From Octopus bimaculoides (Eukaryota), in NCBI RefSeq assembly GCF_001194135.2, contig NC_068983.1, positions 56,203,098-56,267,097 on the forward strand: 64,000 nucleotides of DNA. Reading direction: 5' to 3'. The notes below the pieces were generated by a model that was given only the letters and a program-made list of their open reading frames with translations, did not search any database and had not been told where the DNA came from. The position numbers and the translations under genes were made by a program. Below, piece after piece: positions 38,216 through 51,720 of the stretch; within the stretch, counting starts at the first letter, position 1, and the number at the start of each line of letters is the position of its first letter.

Positions 38216-39661
38216 CACAGTTCCATAAATTGTATTCATTTAAAACAGCTGTTATTCCTTTCACAACATTATCAGCTTTTCCTTTTGGTATCTGGAGTGC
38301 TTCTAACTTAACTTCTCTCTGTTTATTCATTACAACTAGCACTTGGTATTCTTGGTCATCAATACGTTTACCATCAAAATGCAAGACCAGTTTTCTAAAT
38401 ATAGTGTTTTCTTCATTTTCTTTTAAAGTTTTACAGCTTCTTTGATAGTTGATCTGTAAATACCAGATTGAGAATGAGATTCGACATTGATTCCATCTTG
38501 AGATAATTGTCGACAATCTGTTGTTGCTTTTTAAGTTGATAGCTTGGAAGATATTACTAACTTGATTGCAGTTCTAGTTTTGCTATACTTCCTCCTTGTT
38601 TGTGTGGATTCTTCATCTGATTTTTCAGACTCTTGATATTCATTTTCACTCCTTCAGATGATGACGATGACACTGGAGTTGCCCTGGCTGAAGTTGAAAT
38701 TAAGGACGCTTTTGTTCTTTTGGATGAAGGATAGTTTTGGAACTGGCTGCCTTTCCATTTCCATACCCAGCCTGTCCCTTGCTTTCAATTTGAAGATAAT
38801 ATAACCCTCCATCATCTCTTCACAGCCATTCACCGTTTTCCTTTGTGATGTCAAAATTACCTTTCAATGAATCGTATTTTCCTAGTTTTACACATTTATC
38901 GTAGGTATTCAGCACTGTTTCTTCTTTTGCTTGAACATTTTGAATTGATAAAAATGGGAAATTTAATTTCTGTTGCCATAAAAATGTTTCTTCTTTCGAA
39001 ATTCTCTTTCTTCGTTTTTTTCCTTCCTTTGATGATACTTCCAAGGAACAGGTAGCGATTGGCAATTTGAAGTTTCATTGGTATCCTGCAGTTGTTTCCC
39101 AAAGAATGCTCTTCTAGAGGAACAAGTCTTCTTTTCCTATGTGAGTTTTGAAATTGCACGAGATTCTTCGTCCATATTGATTTGTTTCGTTGAGTGACAC
39201 AAGCATTTCTCTTATGAGACATTTTAGATACTCTAGTTGGATAAGCCTAATATTCTGAAAAAAAAAAAAAACAGTTAATATAGTCAGAGTTTTTAGCGTC
39301 ACAGAAATAAAAAGGTGAGGAAGAGGATATTTCCAAAAATAGGGCCGAAGTCAGAACAAATTAGAAACTTTGTAACTCTTAAACTACTTAAACTTGAAAG
39401 CTGAAAATTGAGATATATTGTTTCAGCATTGGATTAATGGTAAAAGCTTTTGGTAAAAACTTGAGTAGACATTATGAACCCAACTAGAATTTTGCATGAT
39501 TTGGGTCAAAAATGGTGTTAGATTTCTTCAGTTGAGGGTGATGTTTTCTAAAAAAAAACTTAAAATAAAGGTTATTTTCCGTACTTGTATAAAATTGCTC
39601 ATTTACTTTTGATACAGGAAATTGTTTACTTTCAAAACAATCAAAATGTCATAACCCTAAT
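38215..39661 (-). mobile_element. hAT-like (hATm-type) DNA transposon 5' part
   Basis: LHFDGKRID..QVLVV..EVKLEALQIPKGKADNVVKGITAVLNEYNLWNCVKVIVADTSVDTG; upstream LWQQKLNFP and FDITKENGEWL; terminus TTAGGGT at ~39660; subfamily name from recall. Confidence 0.65.
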
Positions 39662-39813
39662 ATATACATATATATACCTAATATATACATATATATATAC
39701 CTAATATATACATAACCTTAATATATACATACGTATGTATGTATATTTATATTATGTTTAAATATCTCTTTCAGTATATATGCATAAACTATTTCTGTAA
39801 CTTATGACTTTGA

Positions 39814-39881
<68 letters not shown>

Positions 39882-39979
39882 ACACACACACAGAGACACA
39901 CACACACATCTATTTACATGTACAACGTATGTATATGACTGATGTATATGATAAATGCCTGTCCTATCTATCCATCCAT

Positions 39980-40046
<67 letters not shown>

Positions 40047-40871
40047 AACAACTGCTATCGCGTGTGGGACGAGTCGGTCTATCAGCCGAGTCTGTCGTGA
40101 ATATTGTCGCGCCTCCTTCCTTTAAACGGGAAGGAAGAGCNNNNNNNNNNNNNNNNNNNNNNNNNNNNNNNNNNNNNNNNNNNNNNNNNNNNNNNNNNNN
40201 NNNNNNNNNNNNNNNNNNNNNNNNNNNNNNNNNNNNNNNNNNNNNNNNNNNNNNNNNNNNNNNNNNNNNNNNNNNNNNNNNNNNNNNNNNNNNNNNNNNN
40301 NNNNNNNNNNNNNNNNNNNNNNNNNNNNNNNNNNNNNNNNNNNNNNNNNNNNNNNNNNNNNNNNNNNNNNNNNNNNNNNNNNNNNNNNNNNNNNNNNNNN
40401 NNNNNNNNNNNNNNNNNNNNNNNNNNNNNNNNNNNNNNNNNNNNNNNNNNNNNNNNNNNNNNNNNNNNNNNNNNNNNNNNNNNNNNNNNNNNNNNNNNNN
40501 NNNNNNNNNNNNNNNNNNNNNNNNNNNNNNNNNNNNNNNNNNNNNNNNNNNNNNNNNNNNNNNNNNNNNNNNNNNNNNNNNNNNNNNNNNNNNNNNNNNN
40601 NNNNNNNNNNNNNNNNNNNNNNNNNNNNNNNNNNNNNNNNNNNNNNNNNNNNNNNNNNNNNNNNNNNNNNNNNNNNNNNNNNNNNNNNNNNNNNNNNNNN
40701 NNNNNNNNNNNNNNNNNNNNNNNNNNNNNNNNNNNNNNNNNNNNNNNNNNNNNNNNNNNNNNNNNNNNNNNNNNNNNNNNNNNNNCCAAAAAGAAAAGCT
40801 CTACATTGTATTTGTCCCATCTTCGTTGAGCCCTGTGTGGCTAATAAAAGAAATGTATCTATCTATCTATC

Positions 40872-40902
<31 letters not shown>

Positions 40903-41130
40903 CTACCTACTTACCTACCTAGCTACCTCTCAGCCTGTCTATCTACCTACCTACCTACCTACGTACCTACCTCCCTCCCTACCTGCCTACCTACCTACCT
41001 ACCTACCTACCTACCTACCTATCTACATAATTACCTACCTACTTCCCTGCCGCTCTGTCTCTCTCTCCGGCTGTCTGTCTATCTACCTACCAATCTATCT
41101 ATTTATCTATCTATCTATGTGTGTATGTAT
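39660..41130. repeat. (TA)n, (CA)n, (TATC)n, (CTAC)n microsatellite block spanning a gap
   Basis: Directly visible. Confidence 0.9.
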
Positions 41131-42452
41131 AAATTGATATGCGTGTAAATATGCCCATAAGCATATATCTAAATATTTAGATACATGCGTTTTTTGTTCG
41201 CTATTAATTTATAATCGAAAGCAATTCTCCTGGTGTGATCTAGCCAGGACAGTATGATGCCATGCATATTCTATTTCCATGTATTTGCACGTTTAAGCAT
41301 AACATATTCTATTTATGTTCTTTCCATCGAGCTTTTCAATATCTGTCCTTGCAATCGAGAATTTGATACAGACAAAATGAAATAGCTGGAGATTTTAATA
41401 TATTTTGCGGTAAAATTTTGGAAATCGGTGTCAAAGTTTTCAACAGATATTAACATTCAAAATAGATGCATAGAGACATGCATACATTCGTAAACACAAA
41501 TATAACTTCCTGGCTGATATTTGTTTAGATTGATTGCCATCAGAGAGTCAAGGACGCCATTTTATATTTCGAACATATGAGAAGAGTAAAACGGTTGAGT
41601 GATATTAATGAAAGGAATTTACTACGCAAAGAATATATATGTATATATGTATATGTTTGTATGCATGTGTATATATATATATATATNNNNNNNNNNNNNN
41701 NNNNNNNNNNNNNNNNNNNNNNNNNNNNNNNNNNNNNNNNNNNNNNNNNNNNNNNNNNNNNNNNNNNNNNNNNNNNNNNNNNNNNNNNNNNNNNNNNNNN
41801 NNNNNNNNNNNNNNNNNNNNNNNNNNNNNNNNNNNNNNNNNNNNNNNNNNNNNNNNNNNNNNNNNNNNNNNNNNNNNNNNNNNNNNNNNNNNNNNNNNNN
41901 NNNNNNNNNNNNNNNNNNNNNNNNNNNNNNNNNNNNNNNNNNNNNNNNNNNNNNNNNNNNNNNNNNNNNNNNNNNNNNNNNNNNNNNNNNNNNNNNNNNN
42001 NNNNNNNNNNNNNNNNNNNNNNNNNNNNNNNNNNNNNNNNNNNNNNNNNNNNNNNNNNNNNNNNNNNNNNNNNNNNNNNNNNNNNNNNNNNNNNNNNNNN
42101 NNNNNNNNNNNNNNNNNNNNNNNNNNNNNNNNNNNNNNNNNNNNNNNNNNNNNNNNNNNNNNNNNNNNNNNNNNNNNNNNNNNNNNNNNNNNNNNNNNNN
42201 NNNNNNNNNNNNNNNNNNNNNNNNNNNNNNNNNNNNNNNNNNNNNNNNNNNNNNNNNNNNNNNNNNNNNNNNNNNNNNNNNNNNNNNNNNNNNNNNNNNN
42301 NNNNNNNNNNNNNNNNNNNNNNNNNNNNNNNNNNNNNNNNNNNNNNNNNNNNNNNNNNNNNNNNNNNNNNNNNNNNNNNNNNNNNNNNNNNNNNNNNNNN
42401 NNNNNNNNNNNNNNNNNNNNNNNNNNNNNNNNNNNNNNNNNNNNNNNNNNNN

Positions 42453-42498
<46 letters not shown>

Positions 42499-42504
42499 AT
42501 ATAT

Positions 42505-43130
42505 ACTGATCTTGGTGTGTTTATGTCCCCGTAACATAGCGGTTCGGCAATAGAAACCGATAGAATAAGCAAAAATGAGTAGTACTTGTAATTCACAAGG
42601 GTCAGCCTTGTCACACTCTGCGTCACGCTGAATCTCCCTGAGAACTACGTTACGGGTATGCGTATCTGTGGAGTGCTCAGCCACTTGTACGTTAATTTCA
42701 CGAGCAAGCTGTTCCATTGATCGTATCAGCTGGACCCTCGTCGCCGTAACCGACGGCGTGCTCCTTTTTTGTGTAGGTGCAATGACCCAGTGAGACTCGC
42801 TGTCGTAGGATCGCGGTTTCGATTCCCAGACTGGGTTTTGTGAGTGTTTATTCAGCGAAAACACTTGAAGCTCCTCTAGGTTCCGGCATGGGGTGTTGGC
42901 GAACCCTGCTGTACTCTTTCATCATAACTTTCTCTCACTTTTTCTTCCTGTTTCCGTTGTGCCAGTATTTCCAAGGGCCAACTTTGTCATACTCCGTCTC
43001 ACGCTGAATCTACGTTAAGGGTACACGTGTCAGTGGAGTGCTCAGCCACTTACACGTTAATTTCACGAGCAGGCTATTTTGTTGATCGGTTGAACTGGAA
43101 TCCGCGTCGTCGTAACCGACGGAGTGCCAT
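42505..43130 (+). mobile_element. Chimeric SINE (A body plus D/C tail) followed by a full SINE-C
   Basis: A-type CGGTTCGGCAATAGAAACCGATAGAATAAG joins CAAAAATGAGT...AAGGGTCAGCCTTGTCACAC; second head at ~42775. Confidence 0.8.
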
Positions 43131-43326
43131 TGTTTCTGAAGTTTAAATCAGTTTTACTTCTTTTCAAATATTTAACGATGGAGTGTCACGTAATGCGTGG
43201 GGGAGAAGAAACGAATTTATCTGACAAGCAAATATATTCAGCCTGAAAACAGCAAACTCAATTATATCAGATAAAACAATTTTAAGGATTTATTTTTTTA
43301 TTAAGTTTTTCACAAGCGTTGCGGGT

Positions 43327-43805
43327 GTAGGCGCAGACATAGGTGTATGGTAAGAAATTCACTTCTTAACCACATGGCTTCGGGTTCAGTTCAACTGCGG
43401 GGCGTCTTGGGTGTCTTCTACTATAGCCTCGGGCCGACCAAAGCCGTGTGAGTGGATTTGGTAGACGGAAACTGAAAGAAGCTCGTCATCTATCTATCTA
43501 TCTATTTATCTATCTATCTATTTATCTATCTCTCTCCCTATATATATAGGTATAAACCGTAAATCCGATCCGGGGTTGGCTGAGGTGTGGCGTGTCTGTG
43601 TTTGTCTCACGACCAGTACTCAACAATCAAGGTTGGTGTTTCTACGCCCCCGTAACTTAGTGGATCGGCCAAAGAGACCGATAGAATAAGAACCAGACTA
43701 TAAAAAAAAAACAAATACTGAGATCGATTTGTCCGACTAAATTCGTCAAGGTCATGCCCTAGCATGGCCGCACTCTGATAAGTGAAGCAAGTAAAAAATA
43801 AAAGA
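43327..43805 (+). mobile_element. SINE-A with internal (TCTA)n
   Basis: Both halves present. Confidence 0.85.
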
Positions 43806-44130
43806 TTGTTCGGATTGCCGTCTGAAAATAGAGAGGAAAAAATATTTTCAAGGAAGCCAGGGTTGAAGGAAGCGCGGGAATGTAATGTAATTTTGAAATT
43901 CAAACAGATGGCTTTCAGTTGTACTTTGAATTGCATTCGTTATCCGAACCAGCAGTTCATTTTTACGAAATATACGTAAATACACAGTTCTTGCGTCTTC
44001 CCATAAAATGAAATTATAATAATAAATTTATGAACAATTTTCCTAATTGTTTTGATTGGCAGTGATAAAATAGATGCATCGCTCTTCTAAATGTTATTTA
44101 CGATTGAATTCTGTTGTGCTACGCAATAAA

Positions 44131-44361
44131 ATAAATGCGCCATTTTTAAAGCCTAGCCAGGCTCATGGGCCCGGTTTGCTGGTTTCAATGGCGTATGTGT
44201 TCCCCAGCGGGACGGGACGCCAGTCCATCGCAGCGTTACTCATTTTTGCCAGCTGAGTGGACTGGAGCAACGTGAAATGAAGTGTTTTACTCAAGAACAC
44301 AACGCGTCACCAGGTCCAGGAATCGAAACGACACCCTAACCACTAAGCCAAGCGCCTCCAC
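44131..44361 (-). mobile_element. SINE-D with alternative tail
   Basis: D head and core followed on the minus strand by GCTGCGATGGACTGGCGTCCCGTCCCGCTGGGGAACAC...GGGCCCATGAGCCTGGCTAGGC. Confidence 0.88.
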
Positions 44362-44437
44362 GAGCTATGCAACATTTGAAAATATATGTATAGATAGAGT
44401 AAGATGTAACCATCTTGTCATCATATACGCTATCGTT

Positions 44438-44890
44438 AAGGCGGCGAAATGGCAAGATCGTCACTACGCCAGTTAAAATACTTAGTGGCATATCTTCTGT
44501 CTATCAACGTCCTGAGTTCAAATTCCGCGAGGTCAGTTTTACTTTTTATCTTTTCAGGGTCGATAAAATAAAATACCAGTTGGCCACTGGGTTCGATATA
44601 ATCGACTAGCCTACTCCCCTTCAACATTTCAAGCCTTGTACTTATAGTAGAAAGAATTATATATGACAACTTTAAGGTGGTGAGCTAGCAGAATGGTTAC
44701 TGTGCCGGATAAAATGCTTAACTGTATTTCTTCTGGCTTTTAACGTTCTGAATCAAATGCGGCCCCACGATGGACTTTGCGTTTCTTCCTTCCGGGAGGG
44801 ATAAAATAAAGTACCAGTTCAGAATAGCGGTCAATGTAATCGACTTCCCTGTCTCCTCAGAATTGTTCGACTTGTACCAAAATTAGAGAG
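44438..44890 (+). mobile_element. Two tandem diverged SINE-B monomers
   Basis: Heads at ~44440 and ~44675, each with GATAAAATAAA..ACCAG core. Confidence 0.78.
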
Positions 44891-45391
44891 AAATTATATA
44901 CATCTTCATAGACAGACAATGAGGGATTCGCCGAATTAGTTCCAAAGCTGTGCTGAGGGTTTCATTAGCAACTAAATACCATCTTTAGTTGTGGTTATAT
45001 TTGCCTTTACATACAGTGTTGGTTTAAAAAAGAAACAACAAAAAAACTAAAGATATATTTTGTTGTATAGTAGAGTAGTGAAACAAAACACTGTTAATGC
45101 ACCAGTAATTTATTTTATCAGTTATAAGACTAAAATTATGTGTGAAAGGGAAAGAGGGCCGAGAGATAAACAGAGTTACACATAAAGATAACAAGGTATA
45201 CAGTTCTAACTTGTAATCTAATTTTCTTCACGTTTATCCCCATCTCGATATCAAACTTAATTTGCGCCTTTTTTCCTCTCCTATATTTATCTGTTGGCGC
45301 TGTCTTTATTTTTTGTGTAAATATAATTTGACCTTTCCTTGAGTGTCTGTAACTATGAAGCTTAACAGTCTTTTTTTACTTCGTCTCATTT

Positions 45392-45444
<53 letters not shown>

Positions 45445-47136
45445 CTAACTTCTACCTCTGCTTACTCAATCACTGCTGTGCTCTCTATTTTTCTCTAATA
45501 TCACAGGAAAACAACAAACATTTTAAACGTAATCTACTCGAAACGAACAATTTGTTAGCAAGGACCCCCATATAATTGTCTAGCTGTTTCTTAAACAGAT
45601 CACAGTGTAACTTAATCAACGCTGAAAGTAATTTTACAAAGCCATACTTTTTGATTATTATAAGTATAGACATTATTGGCGTGTATTGTAGCGATTAGTG
45701 AGCCAGTAGATGGCGGAGAAGAGTTGAAAATAATAACAAAACGCTTAAATAGTCTTTGAACGTCTAGACGAATCTAAATAGCGTTAGGCATGATCTCTGA
45801 ACCTAAGTAGTCGGTAGTTCATAGCCTGTGACACTTCGTTCTCTGCTACAGTGGCCGGCAGTTTGAGTATTGCTCAAAGGTGGGGGAATGGCAATGACAG
45901 TAAAATTCCAGACAATTTTGTTTCATTCTCCTATCTTCTGTGCAGTAACATTTGAACACAAAATCAAATTTTCCCTCCATCTTTCTGAAGTTAATAACGT
46001 TAACTTTCATTGCTCTGGGAGATCACACATGGTTTATTGCATAGTATAATGGACAAGGCTGGCTGTTCGTCCCCTGTCACTATCATTTCTAATACTTTGT
46101 GTCTCAGATGGCCCTGACCACTCACTGAATAGGAATAATATGCTGTTGTTATTATTGTTTACATTTGCGGCACAATAAAATTAACAAGTGTTTCATTAGT
46201 TTCCTCTACTGAGTTCAATGGCGAAGCCAACACAGAAACTGGATTCCGTTTCAGCTACAGGTCAGGTGGGCTTGTAATCATTTGATCAATAAATAATTTG
46301 ATCAGCTAACAACAAAAGTACCGACAAAAGAAAGAAGCTAAGAGGCGATTTATTCCATTTTAGTCTTTCTTTAACAAATATTCAACCATGAATCAATGCT
46401 AGAAATAATGAAAATTTACTCACGTAAATCGTCAAGTTGAGATATTATCAAAAACTTCCCTCGTTTATTAATAACTATAAAGATATTACTATTCGTCTCA
46501 AGACTTAGAATTCTTTTTCTTGGTCATGTAGACATGAACGTGTAGGTTTTGTAATCCTTTTGATTTTTGCTGGCTCTTCAGAACAGACCGCGGTTGATGT
46601 TATTGAAGTTCAACTTCGTTTATTTTTTTATGGTGAAGTTTGTAGAAGGAAAGGCGAACACGGATGAAGTATCAGTAATCTGCATGTCTATGAACTAAGA
46701 ATAGATCTGGAAAAACGTATTTGATATGAATTTTGGCTGGCGAATAACAACATCGATAGGAAGAAGAGTGACTAATGTATCAGGTGGAATTGGATGATGT
46801 CTTTTTTTTTGTTGAAATATCAGTTCTAACATTTCAACACACACCAAAGAGAGGAAAGAGTGAGTCTTTAGACCAGTGATTGTAATATGATGATAAAGGT
46901 TAGGGCAGCGAACTGGTCGATAAAATAAGTCCTGTTGAGCACTTGGGTATATGTAATCTACTTACCCATTGTCCCCGAAATCGATAGTCTTATGCCAAAA
47001 TTTGAAACCAGTATTTTGTCTGATTCTGCGGCGGCGAGCCGGCAGAATCATTAGCACGCTGGACGAGATGCTTAGCTGTATTTCGCCGGTCGCCGCGTTC
47101 TGAGTTCAAATTCCGCCGAATTCTTATGTCATTCTT

Positions 47137-47461
47137 GTGAAGGCGCGTGGGTTAGTGGTTAGTTTATTCGGCTCACAATCGTAAGTCGTGAGTTCGATTC
47201 CGGGCAGCGCCGTATGTCTTTGAGCACTTGCTTTATTTTACGTTGCTCCAGTCCACTCAGCAGGCAAAAATGCTTTGTTCTTGTGGTGATTCAAAGGGCC
47301 AGCCTTGTTCCATTTTGTGTCACGCTGAATCTTCCTGAGAACTACGTTAAAGACACACCTGTCTGTGGAGTACTCAGTCACTTGCACGTTGATTCCACGA
47401 GAAGTTTGTTCCATTGATCGGATCAACTGGAAGACTCATCGTCGTAACTGACGCAGTGCCA
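47137..47461 (+). mobile_element. SINE-D head with SINE-C tail
   Basis: GTGAAGGCGCGTGGGTTAGTGG...CAGTCCACTCAGC then AAAGGGCCAGCCTTG...CGTCGTAACTGACGCAGTGCC. Confidence 0.88.
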
Positions 47462-48159
47462 TTTTGATTTTCTATAACTTATATCCTGCAATCTAGTTCA
47501 TTCAGTAATTTATTCACCAAAACAAACCGATCTTCAATTATACATGATGCTGGAAAACACAATTATTTTGTTCTCATTTCGTTCCATAACATTGGTTAGT
47601 GTTTTAGAGTCTTTTAACGACTCTAATTCCAGTCTTTCTTTATTTTATACATCACTGGTTCGTAACAATTTTCCTGAGGTAGCTTCCTTTTGTCCAATAT
47701 ATTTTTAGACGGCAACTGTCACAAAAAATTAATTAAAGAAATTCTTTCAAACACTTTTATTTAATATCCTTGGGATTGATGCTTTTACTGCTAAATATAG
47801 ATTCTTCGGTTCTATATCGTGAGTTTCATTGTTATGTCACTCGCTTTGTATAACGTCCAATTTCTTTATGTTGTGATAGTTTCGCCAAAATATACGCAGC
47901 TTCAGCGATGATGGCAAACGCAATTATTTTGTAGCAATTTCCACCCATAACATTGGTTATGGAGTTTTAGAGCGTTTTAATGGCCAAAATCAAGGCTTTC
48001 TTATTTCATCATATCTATATTTGGTGCTACGGCAATGAGCTGGCGGACTCGTTACAACGTCGGACAAAATGTTCAGCGGCGTTTCTTCCGGGTCTTTGCG
48101 CTCTGAGTTCAGTGTTTTAATGACCCAAATCCAGTCTTTCTTATTCTATCATATCTATA

Positions 48160-48370
48160 TTTGGTGCCAAGCCAGTGAGCTGGAGGAATCATTAGACCGT
48201 CCGACAAAATGTCTAGCGACATTTCTTTCGGTCCTTTGCGCTCTGAGTCCAAATCCCGCCGAGGTCTCAAATTTGCTTTTCATCTCTACGGGGTCGATAA
48301 AATAATGTATCAGTCAAGTACAGGGGCCGATGTAATTGACCTGCCTCCTCCTGTGCAAAACTACTGGCTT
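48160..48370 (+). mobile_element. SINE-B monomer, head duplicated at ~48020-48110
   Basis: Core TTTGCTTTTCATCTCTACGGGGTCGATAAAATAA. Confidence 0.78.
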
Positions 48371-49027
48371 TGGACCCTGAAGGGGAATGACGCTGGATTC
48401 GGGGTGGGGGATGTTGTGATCTCGGTTATTTATACATGAAAACTGGGTAACCAGCCTTATGAGCGCCAGAACTCAGGAAATTATAAAAAGAGATATTTTG
48501 TGCTATCGTAGTACCGTAATTCAATAAATTCTTTAATATTTATATTTTCACATCCGCCATCATCGCAACAAAATACGTTTATCGTGAATGGTTTTACTTC
48601 AAAGAAACACATAAGAATTTTTTTTTTTTTTGTTCTTACTCATTTTTAACGATAATAAGTATCCAGAATATATTTCAAGATCCATTTTGTCAAGTAAAAG
48701 AATTTTTTCGTCATCTCAAGCTTACTGTGAAATATTTCTAGAATTAAATTTGCTTGAAAAAATTTCTCCATTTTTTCTCCTTACCTAAATGCTTTCAATA
48801 TTATTTTACAATCAATCAATGTAACGGATTTTCCTTGAATTTAAAATCATGCCTCATTAAACTTTCAAAATATCCAAGCTAAATAATATCAGCTATTTTG
48901 ATATTTCTTTATTTTCTTTAGATATTCATACGCCTCCTACTTTCTAGAAAGTTTAACCAGCGTATCATAAAGATTTATAAATCTTAGTAAGTAGTTTCTC
49001 TTGGAGAGCCATCTGACTTTTAATCGT

Positions 49028-49460
49028 TTATTTATTTCAGTCATAGGAGCGCGGCCACGCCGAGGCACTATTTGAACCGGTTTAATCGAACAAATGGACT
49101 TCATTTCTGACATTTTTTAAAGTCTGATACTTATCTAATTGGTTGTTTGGCTGAACCACTAAGTTATGCGCCTCTAAATAAAACGACACCGGTTGCGACA
49201 TAGTACGTTGACAAACACAAAAACACACATACACATACTTGCTCACGCACATACATGTATGTATGTACACACACACACATATACACACACATAAAAGGAT
49301 TCCGGTCAGTTTCTGTTTTCTAAATAAATTCTTTCGCGAAGCATTGGTAATCTCGGGGTTAAAATAGAAAATACGTGCCCGAGGTGGCACACTGTTGAAC
49401 TGAATCCAAAGTCACGACGTTGTGAAGGTGGCTCCTTAACTACATAACCATCTGACTTCT
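49028..49460 (-). mobile_element. SINE-A, strongly diverged
   Basis: Tail, internal (CA)n and head order preserved. Confidence 0.65.
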
Positions 49461-49765
49461 GTATATAGAAGAATTTTTTTATAATGTTTATTACAATCTG
49501 CACAAAACAAGAAGGTGACATTATTTATGTGATTCTCATTTATGCATTGATTTAATAACTTATGCTTTGAAACTAATATAGAAATGAACTGACGCTATTT
49601 GATTGCGTCTGTGAATAAAGCAATCCATTGCAATGATTCCAGAGTAAGTTTTATCAAATGTGCTACGTATGAAGCATTCACGTCTTCCGACATTTGTGGT
49701 AGCCCAATCAGGAGCAATAGATACGAAATGTTCTAATGCAGGTTTTGCTCAAACCAGAACCTTAA

Positions 49766-50390
49766 ACCTTTGCCTGTCCAAAGCATTTTCATAAGTTTGT
49801 TATAAAGGTCCGCGGAGACGCAATGGCCCAGTGGTTAGGGCAGCGGAATCGCGGTCATAGGATCTCGGTTTCGATTCCCAGACCGGGCGTTGTGAGTGTT
49901 TATTGAGCGAAAACACCTAAAGCTCCACGAGGCTCCGGCAGTGGATGGTGGCAAACCCTGCTGTACTCTTTCACCACAGCTTTCTCTCACTCTTTCTTCC
50001 TGTTTCTGTTGTACCTGTATTTCAAAGGGCCAGCCTTGCCACACTGTGTCACGCTGAATATCCCCGAGAACTACGTTAAGGGTACACATGTCTCAACCAT
50101 TTGCTCAGCCATTTGCACATTAATTTCACGAGCTGGCTGTTCCGTTGATCGGATCAACTAGAACCCTCGACGTCGTAAGCGATGGAGGGCCAACAATATA
50201 AAGGTCCATGCTCGTTGTCTGACCTTTAGCTCGCCCTTGTTTTATACGTTCTGTGTAATAAAACTTTCTTTCAAAAAGCCCAAAGTTACTATGGAGGTTT
50301 TAAAAAAGGGATATGTGTATCATATATGATGCACAGACGCTAGGGAAGTATATATGTGTATCACACGTGATACACAGGATAAGCAAAGGG
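49766..50390. mobile_element. piggyBac-like MITE
   Basis: TTAA at 49762-49765 and 50391-50394; inverted ends ACCTTTGCCTGTCC and GGATAAGCAAAGGG. Confidence 0.7.
49812..50196 (+). mobile_element. SINE-C, full length with TSD
   Basis: 11-bp TSD TATAAAGGTCC at 49801-49811 and 50197-50207. Confidence 0.93.
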
Positions 50391-51187
50391 TTAAAGCAAT
50401 AAAAGCAAGATTTTCATATCGTGTCAGTATCTATAGAATAAAAAATATCGTCTTTCAATTTACAGTCATTATTTAAGTAACATACAAACGCCATGAGAAG
50501 ATCGTTATCAACAACTGAGGGCTCATCAGCTTGCATTGAGGGAAAAGCGTTTTCAATCTTTCAACTAATTGCTCATCAATATTCAGAGATATTTCATCAA
50601 TATCTCTTTGCATTGAATCTTTGCTTAAACGTTTCAAGTTATCTGAATGATCTTCATACTTCATATTTGAAATATTAGTTTCCAACATAGACCTTATAAC
50701 CTTCTCAGTAATTTTATCACAGCCACTTTTTTCTTTATTTTGCAACGATTTTTGCATTCTCATATAACGCAACATTGCCTTCATGAAAATTGCTATCTCT
50801 TTATTTTATAAAATGTGTAAAATAGGTGGCATCTCAAATTGATTTCCAATTTCTTTTTAATAATTCAACGGTTTTATTAGCGTTTATCTGGATGCCTCCT
50901 TTTTAAATGATTAGAAATTCTTCGAGGGTTAAAGTTCCACCGGAAAGACTACTGTTACACAAAAGACATTTCTTCTATCGATTTGGTTTTCTACAAAACG
51001 ATAAGATAAGTTTTCAACGCAGTATAAACGCCACATTTTTATACTCAGTTTTAGATTATTAAGGTATCTTGCACATTATGTGTTTATACTAAAACAAATG
51101 GAGACCATAAAGTATTAAGAATATATGAATTTATATAAAAGGTTACATGTATCATTATAATGCTGTGGAGGTGTTATATATATTAGA

Positions 51188-51504
51188 GCACCTCGTCGTT
51201 TACGACGACAAGGGTGCCAGCTGATACGGTCAACAGAACAATTTTCCTTGTGAAATTAACGTGGTTGAGCATTCCACAGACACGTGTGCCCTTAACGTAG
51301 TTCTCAAGGAGATTCAGCGTGACACAGAATGTGACAAGATTGGCCCTTTGAAATACAGGTACAACTCATTTTTGCCAGCTGAGTGGACTGGAGCAATGTG
51401 AAATGGAGTGTCTCGCTCAAGGACACAGCGCGTCGCCGGGAATTGAACTCACGACCTTAAGATCGTGAACTGAATGCCCTAACCACTAGGCCACGCACCT
51501 TCAC
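51188..51504 (-). mobile_element. SINE-D head with SINE-C tail
   Basis: Same module order as 47137-47461. Confidence 0.88.
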
Positions 51505-51591
51505 AACTCCCCTAAATTACTCATTTTTTTATCGTTATGTTTAATGATTACAATTTTGTTGTGATGTCAAGTGATTGATTGCCGTTTCTGT

Positions 51592-51720
51592 GGAGGTGCA
51601 ATGGCCTAGTGGTTAGGGCAGCGGACTCGCGGTCTTAGGATCGCAGTTTCGATTCCCAGACCGGACGTTGTGAGTGTTTATTGAGCGAAAACACCTAAAG
51701 CCCCACGAGGCTCCGACATG
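51592..51720 (+). mobile_element. SINE-C head only
   Basis: GTGGAGGTGCAATGGCCTAGTGGTTAGGGCAGCGGACTC...TTTCGATTCCCAGACCGG. Confidence 0.88.

Larger units (their letters stand above)
49530..51000 (-). mobile_element. hAT (Charlie-like) transposase remnant split by a nested insertion
   Basis: SKDSMQRDIDEISLNIDEQLVERLK, MQADEPSVVDNDLLMAFVCY, then left of 49762 SIAPDWATTNVGR and DCFIHRR (CxxH motif). Confidence 0.78.

Noticed and set aside
11331-51720. tRNA-like heads with A and B boxes
   Set aside because: They continue into SINE bodies and lack a complete cloverleaf, so they are not tRNA genes
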